The position numbers and the translations under genes are program-made. A stretch of 64,000 nt of DNA from Candidatus Multivorans sp. (GTDB lineage Bacteria; Acidobacteriota; Thermoanaerobaculia; Multivoradales; Multivoraceae), in assembly GCA_965224025.1 (NCBI GenBank), contig OZ245033.1, forward strand, positions 4,768,001 through 4,832,000, read 5' to 3'. Below are positions 37,644 through 45,791 of this stretch, piece by piece. Position 1 is the stretch's first letter; the number at the start of each line of letters is the position of its first letter. Below the pieces are notes generated by a model. That model was not told the origin of the DNA and made no database searches. It saw only the letters and a list, made by a program, of their open reading frames with translations.

Positions 37644-39122
37644 ATGAGCTCCGAGACGACGATCCTGGTCGCGCTGCTGCTGCCCGTCGCGGCGGCGGCG
37701 TCCTGCCAGGTCTTCGGCCGGCTCGGGCATCCGAACCTGCGCGACCTGGCGACGCCGCTGGTCGGAGTCTGCACCTTCGCCGCGGTGTGGCAGCTCGGCG
37801 CCGGCGTTCTCGGCGGAGGCCGGCCGGAACTCGTCCTGCTGGAGGTACTGCCCGGAGTCGAACTCGCGTTCCAGGTGGAGCCGCTCGGCCTGCTCTACGG
37901 CCTCGTCGCCAGCGGCCTGTGGGTCGCGACCTCGATCTACGCCGTCGGCTACATGCGCGGACACCACGAAAAGAACCAGACCCGCTTCTTCACCTACTTC
38001 GCGCTCTCGATCTTCGCCGCCCTGGGCATCGCCTTCGCGCGCAACCTGTTCACGCTGTTCCTGTTCTACGAGGCGCTAACGCTCCTCACCTTCCCCCTCG
38101 TCACCCACCACGGCACCGCAGAGGCGCGGCGCGCGGGGCGCGTCTATCTCGGCATCCTGCTGTTCACCTCGATCTCCTTCCTTCTGCTGGCGATCCTGTT
38201 CACCTGGCGCCTCACCGGAACGGTCGAGTTCACACCCGGCGGCATCCTGGCCGCGGACACGAGTTCCGGCATGGTGACGGTGCTCCTGCTGCTCTACGCC
38301 TTCGGCGCCGGCAAGGCGGCGCTGATGCCGCTCCACCGCTGGCTGCCCAACGCGATGGTGGCGCCCACCCCGGTCAGCGCGCTGCTGCACGCGGTGGCGG
38401 TGGTCAAGGCGGGCGTGTTCACCATCCTCAAGGTCGTGGTCTACGTCTTCGGCCTCGACCTGCTGCGCGGCAGCACCGCCTCGCTGGCCCTGATGACGGT
38501 CGCCTCCTTCACCATGCTGATGGCGGCGGTGGTGGCGATCCGCCAGGACAACCTGAAGGCGCGCCTCGCCTACTCGACGATCAGTCAGCTCGCCTACATC
38601 GTCCTCGGCGCGGCGATGGCGACCGCCACCGGCGTCCTCGCCGGCGGCATGCAGATCGCCATGCACGCGGCGGGCAAGATCACCCTCTTCTTCTGCGCCG
38701 GCGCGATCCTGGTCGCCACCCACAAGAAGAAGGTCAGCGAACTCGACGGCCTCGGCCGGACCATGCCCTGGACCTTCGCCGCCTTCTTCCTCGCTTCGCT
38801 CTCGATCATCGGCATCCCGCCGCTCGGCGGGTCGTGGGCCAAGTGGTTTCTCATGACCGGCGCGCTCGAGACCGGCTTCCCGGCCCAGGCCGCGTTCCTC
38901 GGCGTGTTGATGCTGAGCTCGCTGCTGGCCGTCTTCTACCTGATGCCGGTCGTGGTGCGCGGCTTCTTCGCCGCGCCGCCGGGCGGCGACGGCGACGGCC
39001 CCGTGAAGGTCGCCGAAGCACCGTTCCTGTGCGTCCTGCCGCTCGTTCTCACCGCGGTGCTGTCGCTGGCGCTGTTCTTCGCCGCCCCGGACCTGGTGGA
39101 GCTGCTCAGGTTCCAGCGCTAG
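37644..39122 (+). CDS. Second MrpD/MrpA-type proton-conducting subunit
   Basis: GKAALMPLHRWLP.AMVAPTPVSALLHAVAVVKAG, LAYSTISQL, HAAGKITLF. Confidence 0.9.
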   Translation: MSSETTILVALLLPVAAAASCQVFGRLGHPNLRDLATPLVGVCTFAAVWQLGAGVLGGGRPELVLLEVLPGVELAFQVEPLGLLYGLVASGLWVATSIYAVGYMRGHHEKNQTRFFTYFALSIFAALGIAFARNLFTLFLFYEALTLLTFPLVTHHGTAEARRAGRVYLGILLFTSISFLLLAILFTWRLTGTVEFTPGGILAADTSSGMVTVLLLLYAFGAGKAALMPLHRWLPNAMVAPTPVSALLHAVAVVKAGVFTILKVVVYVFGLDLLRGSTASLALMTVASFTMLMAAVVAIRQDNLKARLAYSTISQLAYIVLGAAMATATGVLAGGMQIAMHAAGKITLFFCAGAILVATHKKKVSELDGLGRTMPWTFAAFFLASLSIIGIPPLGGSWAKWFLMTGALETGFPAQAAFLGVLMLSSLLAVFYLMPVVVRGFFAAPPGGDGDGPVKVAEAPFLCVLPLVLTAVLSLALFFAAPDLVELLRFQR

Positions 39123-39173
39123 TTCACGCCTCCAAGAGTGGCTCGAGCGTCGCGGCTGCGCTACGATCAGCCC

Positions 39174-39449
39174 ATGAGCGTCGCCACCTTCGACACCCAC
39201 GCGGCTGTCCGCGCCCTGCAAGAGGCGGGCATGGACACGCCTCAGGCCGAGGCAGTGACCGAGACCGTCCGCAACGCCGTCGTCGAGGGTGTAGCCACCA
39301 AGGCGGACATTGCGGACCTCCGCACCGACTTGGAGAAGCTCCGCACCGACTTGGAGAGGCTCCGCGCCGATCTGACCTGGCGCATGGTCCTTGTGGTCGG
39401 AGCGCTGCTCGCGCTGGCCACGGCGCTGGACCGCCTACTCGGCGCCTGA
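39174..39449 (+). CDS. Short DUF1640/CCDC90-like protein
   Basis: FDTHAAVRALQEAG..QAEA, ATKADI, heptad repeat LRTDLEK/LRTDLER (21-nt tandem repeat), C-terminal TM. Confidence 0.78.
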   Translation: MSVATFDTHAAVRALQEAGMDTPQAEAVTETVRNAVVEGVATKADIADLRTDLEKLRTDLERLRADLTWRMVLVVGALLALATALDRLLGA

Positions 39450-40610
39450 CTCACCCGGGCGAGTCCACCGCCCGTACCGCAACCGCTCCTCGGCCGGCAC
39501 GAGCCCGAGCCACTTCTTGAACCGACGCCGATCGGCAAACCGGGACACCTCCGCCAGCCGCACCACCACCGGCAGAAAGGCCGGCCGCGGTCCCTCCCGT
39601 GCGCCACCCTCCTCCGCTGACGCGAACCGCAGCAGCAGGCGCCGCTCCAGTCGCTCGAACTCGGCCTCCAATTGATGCTCGACCCGTAGCGCGGCGCCGC
39701 AGGACGCGATCGCCGCCCGGCGGAGCGGCTCGTACCGCGGCTCGACGTAGAAGTCGAAGCTGCTCGCTGAGAGTCCCTGAAGGCGGCTTATCTCGCCACC
39801 CGAAGGCGCCATCTTGACCCCCGGTGTCAGCGCCTTCCACTGTTCATAGCTGAGCGGCCTCGGCTCGCCGAAGTCCGGGTCGGGGGTGGGTACGTGGAGT
39901 GCCATGGCGACCACGATCCAGCCATGCGATGCAAGACCCGCCGCCAGGTCGCCGGCCGCCCGCACGCCGGTATCGTCCACGGCGGGAAACCCGTCGCTGA
40001 GCCAGAACAGGAAGCAAGGCGGGTCGCCGCAGCGGGGTATGGCCTCAGCCAGCAGGCGGTCGGCCGATCCGCGCATCACGTCCGTGTAGGTCGGCAGGCC
40101 GGCGGGCCGGTTCCGCGACTCGAAGTAGGCGTCCCGGCCCAGACCCTCGCCGGCGACTTCATGAAGCACCGCCTCCACCACCCGCGGCCTCGTCGACGCC
40201 CGGAGCCGCAGCTCCGCGCCGCCGGGCGCACCGCCGTCGACCACGATCTCGACCGGGCCCAGCGCGGTCATCGGCCGTGCCTGCCGGGCCAGCGCCTCGG
40301 CGCCGACGCGGACCGTCTCTGGCTTCGAAAGCACGGCATCGACGTAGACGAGCACAGGCCGCGGGTTCAACTTCAGGTCAAGCGCCGACACACCGGTGAC
40401 GCGACGTCTCTCCCCACCCACCTCGACCACGAAGTCCTCCGGCTCGAACTCCTCCGCCGACACCTTCCCCAGCCGCGGCAGTTCGATGACCACCGACGAC
40501 TCCGCGACGTCGATCTCGTCCGTGAAGGTCCGGTCCGCCGGCGGTGGCTCCTGCGCCGGCGGGGCCACGGCCGCGGCCGCGGCCAGGACGAGGAATGCGG
40601 CGCTTCGCAC
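39435..40610 (-). CDS. Acidobacterial VWFA-like secreted hypothetical protein
   Basis: Signal-like N terminus, FTDEIDV, PEDFVV..GG..R.V, LVYVD, WLSDGF. Start uncertain (GTG 40610). Confidence 0.5.
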   Translation of the reverse strand: MRSAAFLVLAAAAAVAPPAQEPPPADRTFTDEIDVAESSVVIELPRLGKVSAEEFEPEDFVVEVGGERRRVTGVSALDLKLNPRPVLVYVDAVLSKPETVRVGAEALARQARPMTALGPVEIVVDGGAPGGAELRLRASTRPRVVEAVLHEVAGEGLGRDAYFESRNRPAGLPTYTDVMRGSADRLLAEAIPRCGDPPCFLFWLSDGFPAVDDTGVRAAGDLAAGLASHGWIVVAMALHVPTPDPDFGEPRPLSYEQWKALTPGVKMAPSGGEISRLQGLSASSFDFYVEPRYEPLRRAAIASCGAALRVEHQLEAEFERLERRLLLRFASAEEGGAREGPRPAFLPVVVRLAEVSRFADRRRFKKWLGLVPAEERLRYGRWTRPGESGAE

Positions 40611-40620
40611 ACGAACGACA

Positions 40621-40689
40621 ACCCGGTTGGCGCGTCCCCGCGCCAACCGCGAACCAGTCCGCGCCCCCGTCATCGGGCGCGCGGATGGC
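40621..40689. repeat. Dispersed ~70-nt two-hairpin element, copy 3
   Basis: ACCCGGTTGGCGCGTCCCCGCGCCAACCGCGAACCAGTCCGCGCCCCCGTCATCGGGCGCGCGGATGGC. Confidence 0.82.
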
Positions 40690-40844
40690 ACCACACGCCA
40701 CGGACGTTCTGTTCCACGATTCGCCACTGCGAGCCGAGGCTATAGTCCCAGCGAAATGAATGCGGCCGAATCACCGGCGGCTCCACTGCCCGGGAGAACC
40801 GGAGGCCCTGGCAACGAGCCGCGAATGACCAAGGGAGCTAGAGA

Positions 40845-42083
40845 GTGGCCCACCACACCACGCGACGCGCGTTCCTGGGAGCGGTCGGTGCGGCCGGCGG
40901 CGCGTCCGTCGCCTGCAGTTCGGGCCTCACGGGAGGCCCGCCGGCGCCCGCCTTGAGCCACGAACCGATTCCGCTCGACGAGCCCCTCGCAGTCGAGGAC
41001 ATCCCGACGCCGGCGTTGCTGGTCGACGTCGCCACGATGGAACTGAACCTGGCGAAGATGGCGGCCCACGCCGAGGAACAGGGCATCTCGCTTCGCCCCC
41101 ACACCAAGACCCACAAGTGCCCCCTGCTGGCCCGCCGGCAGATGGAGATGGGAGCGGTCGGTGTCTGCTGCGCCAAGGTCGGCGAAGCGGAAGTGATGAT
41201 CGAAGCCGGCGTCGAAGAGGTCCTGATCACCTCGCCCGTCGTGACCGAAGACAAGATCGCCCGGGTCGTCGCCCTCTCAAAGAAGAGTTCCGAGGTCGCC
41301 CTGGTGGTCGACAACCAATCGGCCGCGGAACGGCTGAACGAGGCGGCCGCGGCTGGGGGCGTAACCCAGCGGGTGCTTGTCGACCTCGATGTCGGCACGC
41401 GCCGCACCGGAGTCGCAGTCGGCGAGCCCGCCCTCGACCTGGCGCGGGCGATCGACGGCCTGCGCCACCTCGAGCTCCAGGGCCTCCAGGCCTACGCAGG
41501 GCACCTGATGCACGTCCACGGCCACGCCGAGCGAAAGGCCCGTTCACTGGCCGCGCTCGAGAGCGCGGTCGGGACGAAGCGGCTGATCGAGGACGACGGC
41601 ATCGAACTCAGCGTGCTCACCGGCGGCGGCACGGGAACCTGGGACATCGACTCGGCCGTAGACGGCATGACCGACCTCCAGGTCGGCTCCTACCTGTTCA
41701 TGGACGAGCAGTACCGGCAGATCGGCAGCCGTGACGGCGAGGTCTTCGACGACTTCGAGACTTCGCTCTTCGTTGTCGTCACCGCGATCAGCCAGCCGGT
41801 CCCCGAGATGATCACGACGGATGGCGGCTACAAGGCGTTCGCGTCGGACGCCGACCGGCCGCAGCTCGCCGACCTCGCCGGCGTGGTCTACGGTTGGGGC
41901 GGCGACGAGCACGGCATGCTGCGTATCGCCGACGCGCCCCGGCCGCCGCAGCTCGGCGACCGGCTCTGGTGCGTCACGCCGCACTGCGACCCGACGGTGA
42001 ACCTCTACGACGTCTACTATCCCGTGCGCGACGGCCGGGTCGAGGAACTGTGGCCGATCAGCGCCCGCGGCAAGTCGCAGTAA
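40845..42083 (+). CDS. DSD1/D-threonine aldolase family PLP enzyme with Tat lipoprotein signal
   Basis: RRAFLG..VAC; TPALLVD, LRPHTKTHK (PLP Lys), GGGTGT, QVGSYLFMD, DEHG, PHCDPTVNL. Confidence 0.88.
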   Translation: MAHHTTRRAFLGAVGAAGGASVACSSGLTGGPPAPALSHEPIPLDEPLAVEDIPTPALLVDVATMELNLAKMAAHAEEQGISLRPHTKTHKCPLLARRQMEMGAVGVCCAKVGEAEVMIEAGVEEVLITSPVVTEDKIARVVALSKKSSEVALVVDNQSAAERLNEAAAAGGVTQRVLVDLDVGTRRTGVAVGEPALDLARAIDGLRHLELQGLQAYAGHLMHVHGHAERKARSLAALESAVGTKRLIEDDGIELSVLTGGGTGTWDIDSAVDGMTDLQVGSYLFMDEQYRQIGSRDGEVFDDFETSLFVVVTAISQPVPEMITTDGGYKAFASDADRPQLADLAGVVYGWGGDEHGMLRIADAPRPPQLGDRLWCVTPHCDPTVNLYDVYYPVRDGRVEELWPISARGKSQ

Positions 42084-42116
42084 TGCCGGCTGCGGCGGCT
42101 TCCAGGAGCTGAGCCG

Positions 42117-42680
42117 GTGGCCGGGCGAGGTGCGCAGCGGTCGCCGACGGCATTGCGCCTGCCCATCGTCGGCGTGATGGGCTCGGGGACGGAGAATCAC
42201 GAAGACTTGGCCGCTCCGCTCGGCCGCGCGATCGCGAGCGCCGGCTGGCACCTGCTGACCGGCGGCGGCGCGGGCACGATGACCGCGACCAGCCGCGCCT
42301 TCGCCGAGACGCCCGGCCGCGCCGGCCTGTGCATCGGCGTGCTGCCGGGCGCGGAGGATGGCGCCGGCTCGCCCGAGGGCTATCCCAACCCGTGGGTCGA
42401 GGTGGCGATCCGGACCCATCTACCGCTCTCCGGCGCAGCCGGAACGGGACCCAACTCCCGCAACCACATCAACGTGCTCTCCGCCGACGCGGTGGTCGCG
42501 CTGCCCGGCAGCGCCGGCACCCGAAGCGAGATCGCGCTGGCGCTCCGCTACGGCAGGCCCCTGGCGCTCTACGACCGGCCGCCTGGCGACAGCGACCAGT
42601 CGACGGCCGCGGCCGCCGCCGGCGCGCACGTGTTCACGGCACTGAACGAACTGCTCGCCTGGCTGCACGGAACTCTCTGA
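42117..42680 (+). CDS. LOG/Moco-carrier-like Rossmann protein
   Basis: VGVMGSG, LLTGGGAGTM, IGVLP, SRNHINVLS, LPGSAGTRSEI. Confidence 0.8.
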   Translation: MAGRGAQRSPTALRLPIVGVMGSGTENHEDLAAPLGRAIASAGWHLLTGGGAGTMTATSRAFAETPGRAGLCIGVLPGAEDGAGSPEGYPNPWVEVAIRTHLPLSGAAGTGPNSRNHINVLSADAVVALPGSAGTRSEIALALRYGRPLALYDRPPGDSDQSTAAAAAGAHVFTALNELLAWLHGTL

Positions 42681-42691
42681 GCGATCCCGCC

Positions 42692-43210
42692 GTGCCGCCG
42701 ACCGACGATCTGCCCTCCGACGGCGACATCTACCGGAAGAAGGCAAAGGACGACCCCTCCTACCGGCGTTTCGCCCATCGCTTCGAGGTGATCGACAGCC
42801 GCCAGGTCGAGGGAATCCAGATGCTGCCCCGCGGCGACCGTCCGGCGACCGAGCCGCGAAAGAACACCTGGCTGCGCTGCCGGGAGCCCCTGTCCGACGA
42901 CCGCACCGTGCACCTCTCCTTCTTCGCCTACATGTCGGACCTGGATTTCATGGCGGTCTCCATGCAGCCGCACGGCCCCTCGATGAAGGGTTACCGAGTA
43001 CAGGGCGCGAGCCTCGACCACGCGCTCTGGTTCCACCGGCCCTTCCGAGCCGACGAGTGGCTCCTGTTCAGCAAGGAAAGCCCGGTGACGGCACGCGGCC
43101 GCGGCTTCGTCCGCGGCCACGTCTTCAACCGGCAGGGCGAACTCGTCGCCTCGGTGAGTCAGGAGTGCCTGATCCGGCTGCGGGAGCGGGAGCACAGCGT
43201 CGCGGGGTGA
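42692..43210 (+). pseudogene. tesB: Acyl-CoA thioesterase II, C-terminal hotdog half only
   Basis: AYMSDL, ASLDHALWFHRPFRADEWLL, GRGF..G..FNRQGELVASV.QE. No room for the N-terminal domain after the upstream stop at 42680. Confidence 0.7.
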
Positions 43211-43221
43211 GGGCTCAAGCG

Positions 43222-43235
43222 GCTTGACGTCAAGC
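43222..43235. promoter_or_regulatory. Perfect palindrome over a TTGACG -35-like box; candidate TA operator
   Basis: GCTTGAC|GTCAAGC, 23 nt before the antitoxin ATG. Confidence 0.45.
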
Positions 43236-43258
43236 GACCGGTACTGAAGACTGCTCCC

Positions 43259-43498
43259 ATGGAACCGATTGATGCCAGTGACTTCAAGGTACGCTGCCTG
43301 GCGATTCTCGATCGGGTCGCCGAAACCGGCGAGTCCGTGATCATCGTGAAACGCGGCCAGCCGGTCGCGGAACTCCGTCCCGCTGTGTGTCCCGACGCCG
43401 CGTACCCACAGTACGAGTTGAAAGGCACGGTGGTCGAGGTCGGCGAAATCGTGGAGCCAGCCGTGCCGGCAGATCACTGGGAGAGCACACGCCGTTGA
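43259..43498 (+). CDS. Phd/YefM family antitoxin
   Basis: IDASDFKVRCLAILDRVAETGE.VII.KRGQPVAEL. Confidence 0.88.
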   Translation: MEPIDASDFKVRCLAILDRVAETGESVIIVKRGQPVAELRPAVCPDAAYPQYELKGTVVEVGEIVEPAVPADHWESTRR

Positions 43499-43656
43499 CG
43501 CTACTGCTCGACTCACATGTCGCCGCGCTTCCCGATTCCTTTCACCGCGGTCCGGCGGACCGGATCCTGGTCGCGACGGCCCGAGTGCTTGGCGCGACAT
43601 TGCTGACGCAGGACCGGAGAATCATCGAGGCGGCGCTCGTAGAGACGTTGCAGTGA
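43495..43656 (+). pseudogene. PIN-domain (VapC) toxin with internal deletion
   Basis: LLLDSHV is joined directly to LP..FHR.PADRILVATA....LLTQD. Only 53 aa versus ~130 typical; overlaps the antitoxin stop. Confidence 0.75.
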
Positions 43657-44810
43657 TGCAACGGAACTCCTCAGCCTCAGGCCCCGTCGCACAGGTCGTC
43701 AAGCACGACGGGCAACAAGACCTCGCCTTCGTGGACCTCGGAAGCCGGGCCAGTGATCAACTGCGCGAGTCGTGGGGGTCCGAGCCCCCGTTCCGCTCGG
43801 GCCACGCGATCGAGAGCGTGTGGCTGCAGCCGCTGCTTGGTGGCAGCGGGACGGTCGCAACGTCTCTGCTCGCAGGCAACGTTTTCGTGGCGACGGCAAG
43901 TCCCGCGACACTGATGACCATCGGCAGCGGAGTCGGGTCCGCGGTCATGGGTCCAGCCGGAATCGTTGCCCACGCGCCCTTCGTTGCCGCCAGTACTGCT
44001 CTGATGCCGGTCGTCGCGCCCGTGATGGCCTTCCTTACCCTGTCGTCCATGCTGACCCGCGCCGGTCTCAACCGGGTGGAGAGGGCGCTCAACGAGCTTT
44101 CCAAGAATGTGAAGCGGGTCAAGGACCTCATGGAGGCCGATGACTGCGGAAGGCTCAAGAGGGCCGCCGAGAGGCTGCAGGAGATCCGCTCGCAGTTCGA
44201 ACACGCCCAGACGTTCACTGACGCCATGACCATTGCCGTGACCTCGGCCCGAACAACCATCCGCGATCTGCACCACAAGTACGAACCGCTGGCCAGTAGG
44301 GAGGTGTGTTCGGAAAACGACTTCCACACCGCCATGTTCCGCATCAATCTGTTTGCGGCGTCGAGCCTTCTGGGCATCGAGGCCGACCTGCTCCGTTTGT
44401 ATCTGACGCATCAGGATGATCCGGACTACGCAGTACGCCTGCAGACGGAATTGCTGACAAACGTCGAAACCTGCCGAAACCGCTTCAGGACGTTGCTCGA
44501 TCGCAACCCACTGGAGACGTACCTGGAGTCTTTGCAGCGGGGCCTTGACGAGGGAAGCTGGTTCGACGTTCGACCGTGGCGAGCACCACCAAGCGAAGCG
44601 AGGGCCTGGGGCAAGCCTCCTTGGCTCAGGAGACGCCTGAAGAAGCAGGTACGGACCATTGAAGGCCTCCTGAACGAGACCTCGCTCATCGCAGAGTGTT
44701 CGCGCCGGCTGGAGCTATCCCGCGAGTCGCTAGTATTCTTCAGGACCCGTGGTGGAGAGGGCGCCTTGAGGGCCTACCGCACTCACGAACTGGAACTGGC
44801 AGCGTGCTAG
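43653..44810 (+). CDS. Hypothetical protein with hydrophobic G/A-rich segment and coiled coils
   Basis: 385-aa ORF; no family recognised. Confidence 0.55.
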   Translation: MMQRNSSASGPVAQVVKHDGQQDLAFVDLGSRASDQLRESWGSEPPFRSGHAIESVWLQPLLGGSGTVATSLLAGNVFVATASPATLMTIGSGVGSAVMGPAGIVAHAPFVAASTALMPVVAPVMAFLTLSSMLTRAGLNRVERALNELSKNVKRVKDLMEADDCGRLKRAAERLQEIRSQFEHAQTFTDAMTIAVTSARTTIRDLHHKYEPLASREVCSENDFHTAMFRINLFAASSLLGIEADLLRLYLTHQDDPDYAVRLQTELLTNVETCRNRFRTLLDRNPLETYLESLQRGLDEGSWFDVRPWRAPPSEARAWGKPPWLRRRLKKQVRTIEGLLNETSLIAECSRRLELSRESLVFFRTRGGEGALRAYRTHELELAAC

Positions 44811-45020
44811 AGGAACGGGCGCGGGCCTCGGAAAGCGGCGGTTCGAAGCACGGCCCGCGCACAGTCCAGGCCGGCCCGTCGCCGCCCATACTATCGAGAG
44901 AGCAACATTGAGCAGAGGCTTGGGTACTCGCCCTTGCTGGACCGAGCGGCCGGACCGGAGTAGGTGAGGTGAATCCGTCAATGTCTATGTGGACCCAGCG
45001 ACTACTACGCGCGAAGACCG

Positions 45021-45374
45021 TTGAAACTGCCGAACGCGCGAGAGGCCCTCGTAGACCACGCCAAGGTCGTCGACTACCTCCTGTCGTCAGACCATCCCAA
45101 TGGACGAAGCAAAGCCGCCTTCTTCCTCGGCCTCGTTCGATGAGGAGCGATGGGGGATGCTCGCCGCAGCCCTGCGCGACCACGGCGCCGACATGAGGTC
45201 ACCGACGCCAGAGCGTCGGACCACGGTGTGCTGCACTGCGTCGATGGTACGATCAAGACACCCGACGGTCGGAATCCGCAAGCAAGGACCGTCTGGCTCA
45301 TCGAAGAGGCGACCACCGCGCCCCGACTCATCACCGCGTACCCGCTCCGGAGGGACCATGCTGGAAGAACATGA
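45021..45374 (+). pseudogene. DUF6883-like putative toxin, frameshifted
   Basis: MKLPNA.EA.VD..KV.DYLLS..HPNGRSKA.FF, then other frames give FDEERW..LA.AL and GTIKTPDGRNP..RTVW......PRLITAYP. Confidence 0.65.
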
Positions 45375-45654
45375 CTGCGTCGTACTCACGGACGACCTCG
45401 GTGAAAGCAACCTGAAGCCCGGAGACATTGGGACCATAGTGCATGTCTACTCCGAGCGGAGCGCCTTTGAAGTCGAGTTCACGGAATTGGACGGCCATGG
45501 CGTGGCGCTAGCCACTGTGCAGCCTTCCCAGTTGCGCTCTATGGCCGCTACCGACCTCGCCCACGCCCGCGAACTCAGCAAGCAAGACCGAGCGACGGCC
45601 GCGCCTCATGGCGCGCGCGGGAGAATCTCGGCCGGTACTGCCGCTCCGCGCTGA
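45358..45654 (+). CDS. DUF4926 family protein (putative antitoxin partner)
   Basis: EHDCVVLT.DL....LKPGDIGTIVHVY....AFEVEF. Confidence 0.8.
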   Translation: MLEEHDCVVLTDDLGESNLKPGDIGTIVHVYSERSAFEVEFTELDGHGVALATVQPSQLRSMAATDLAHARELSKQDRATAAPHGARGRISAGTAAPR

Positions 45655-45791
45655 AGCACTGGCCGGCGGCGGCGGAAAGCGACAGCCAGAGTCAGGGCCC
45701 GGGAGCCAGAGTCCCAGCCAGAGTCACGGCCAGATCGGTATGATCCGCCGTCGCGTCCACTGATCTCGCAACCGAGGTCCACCGAGCCGCC

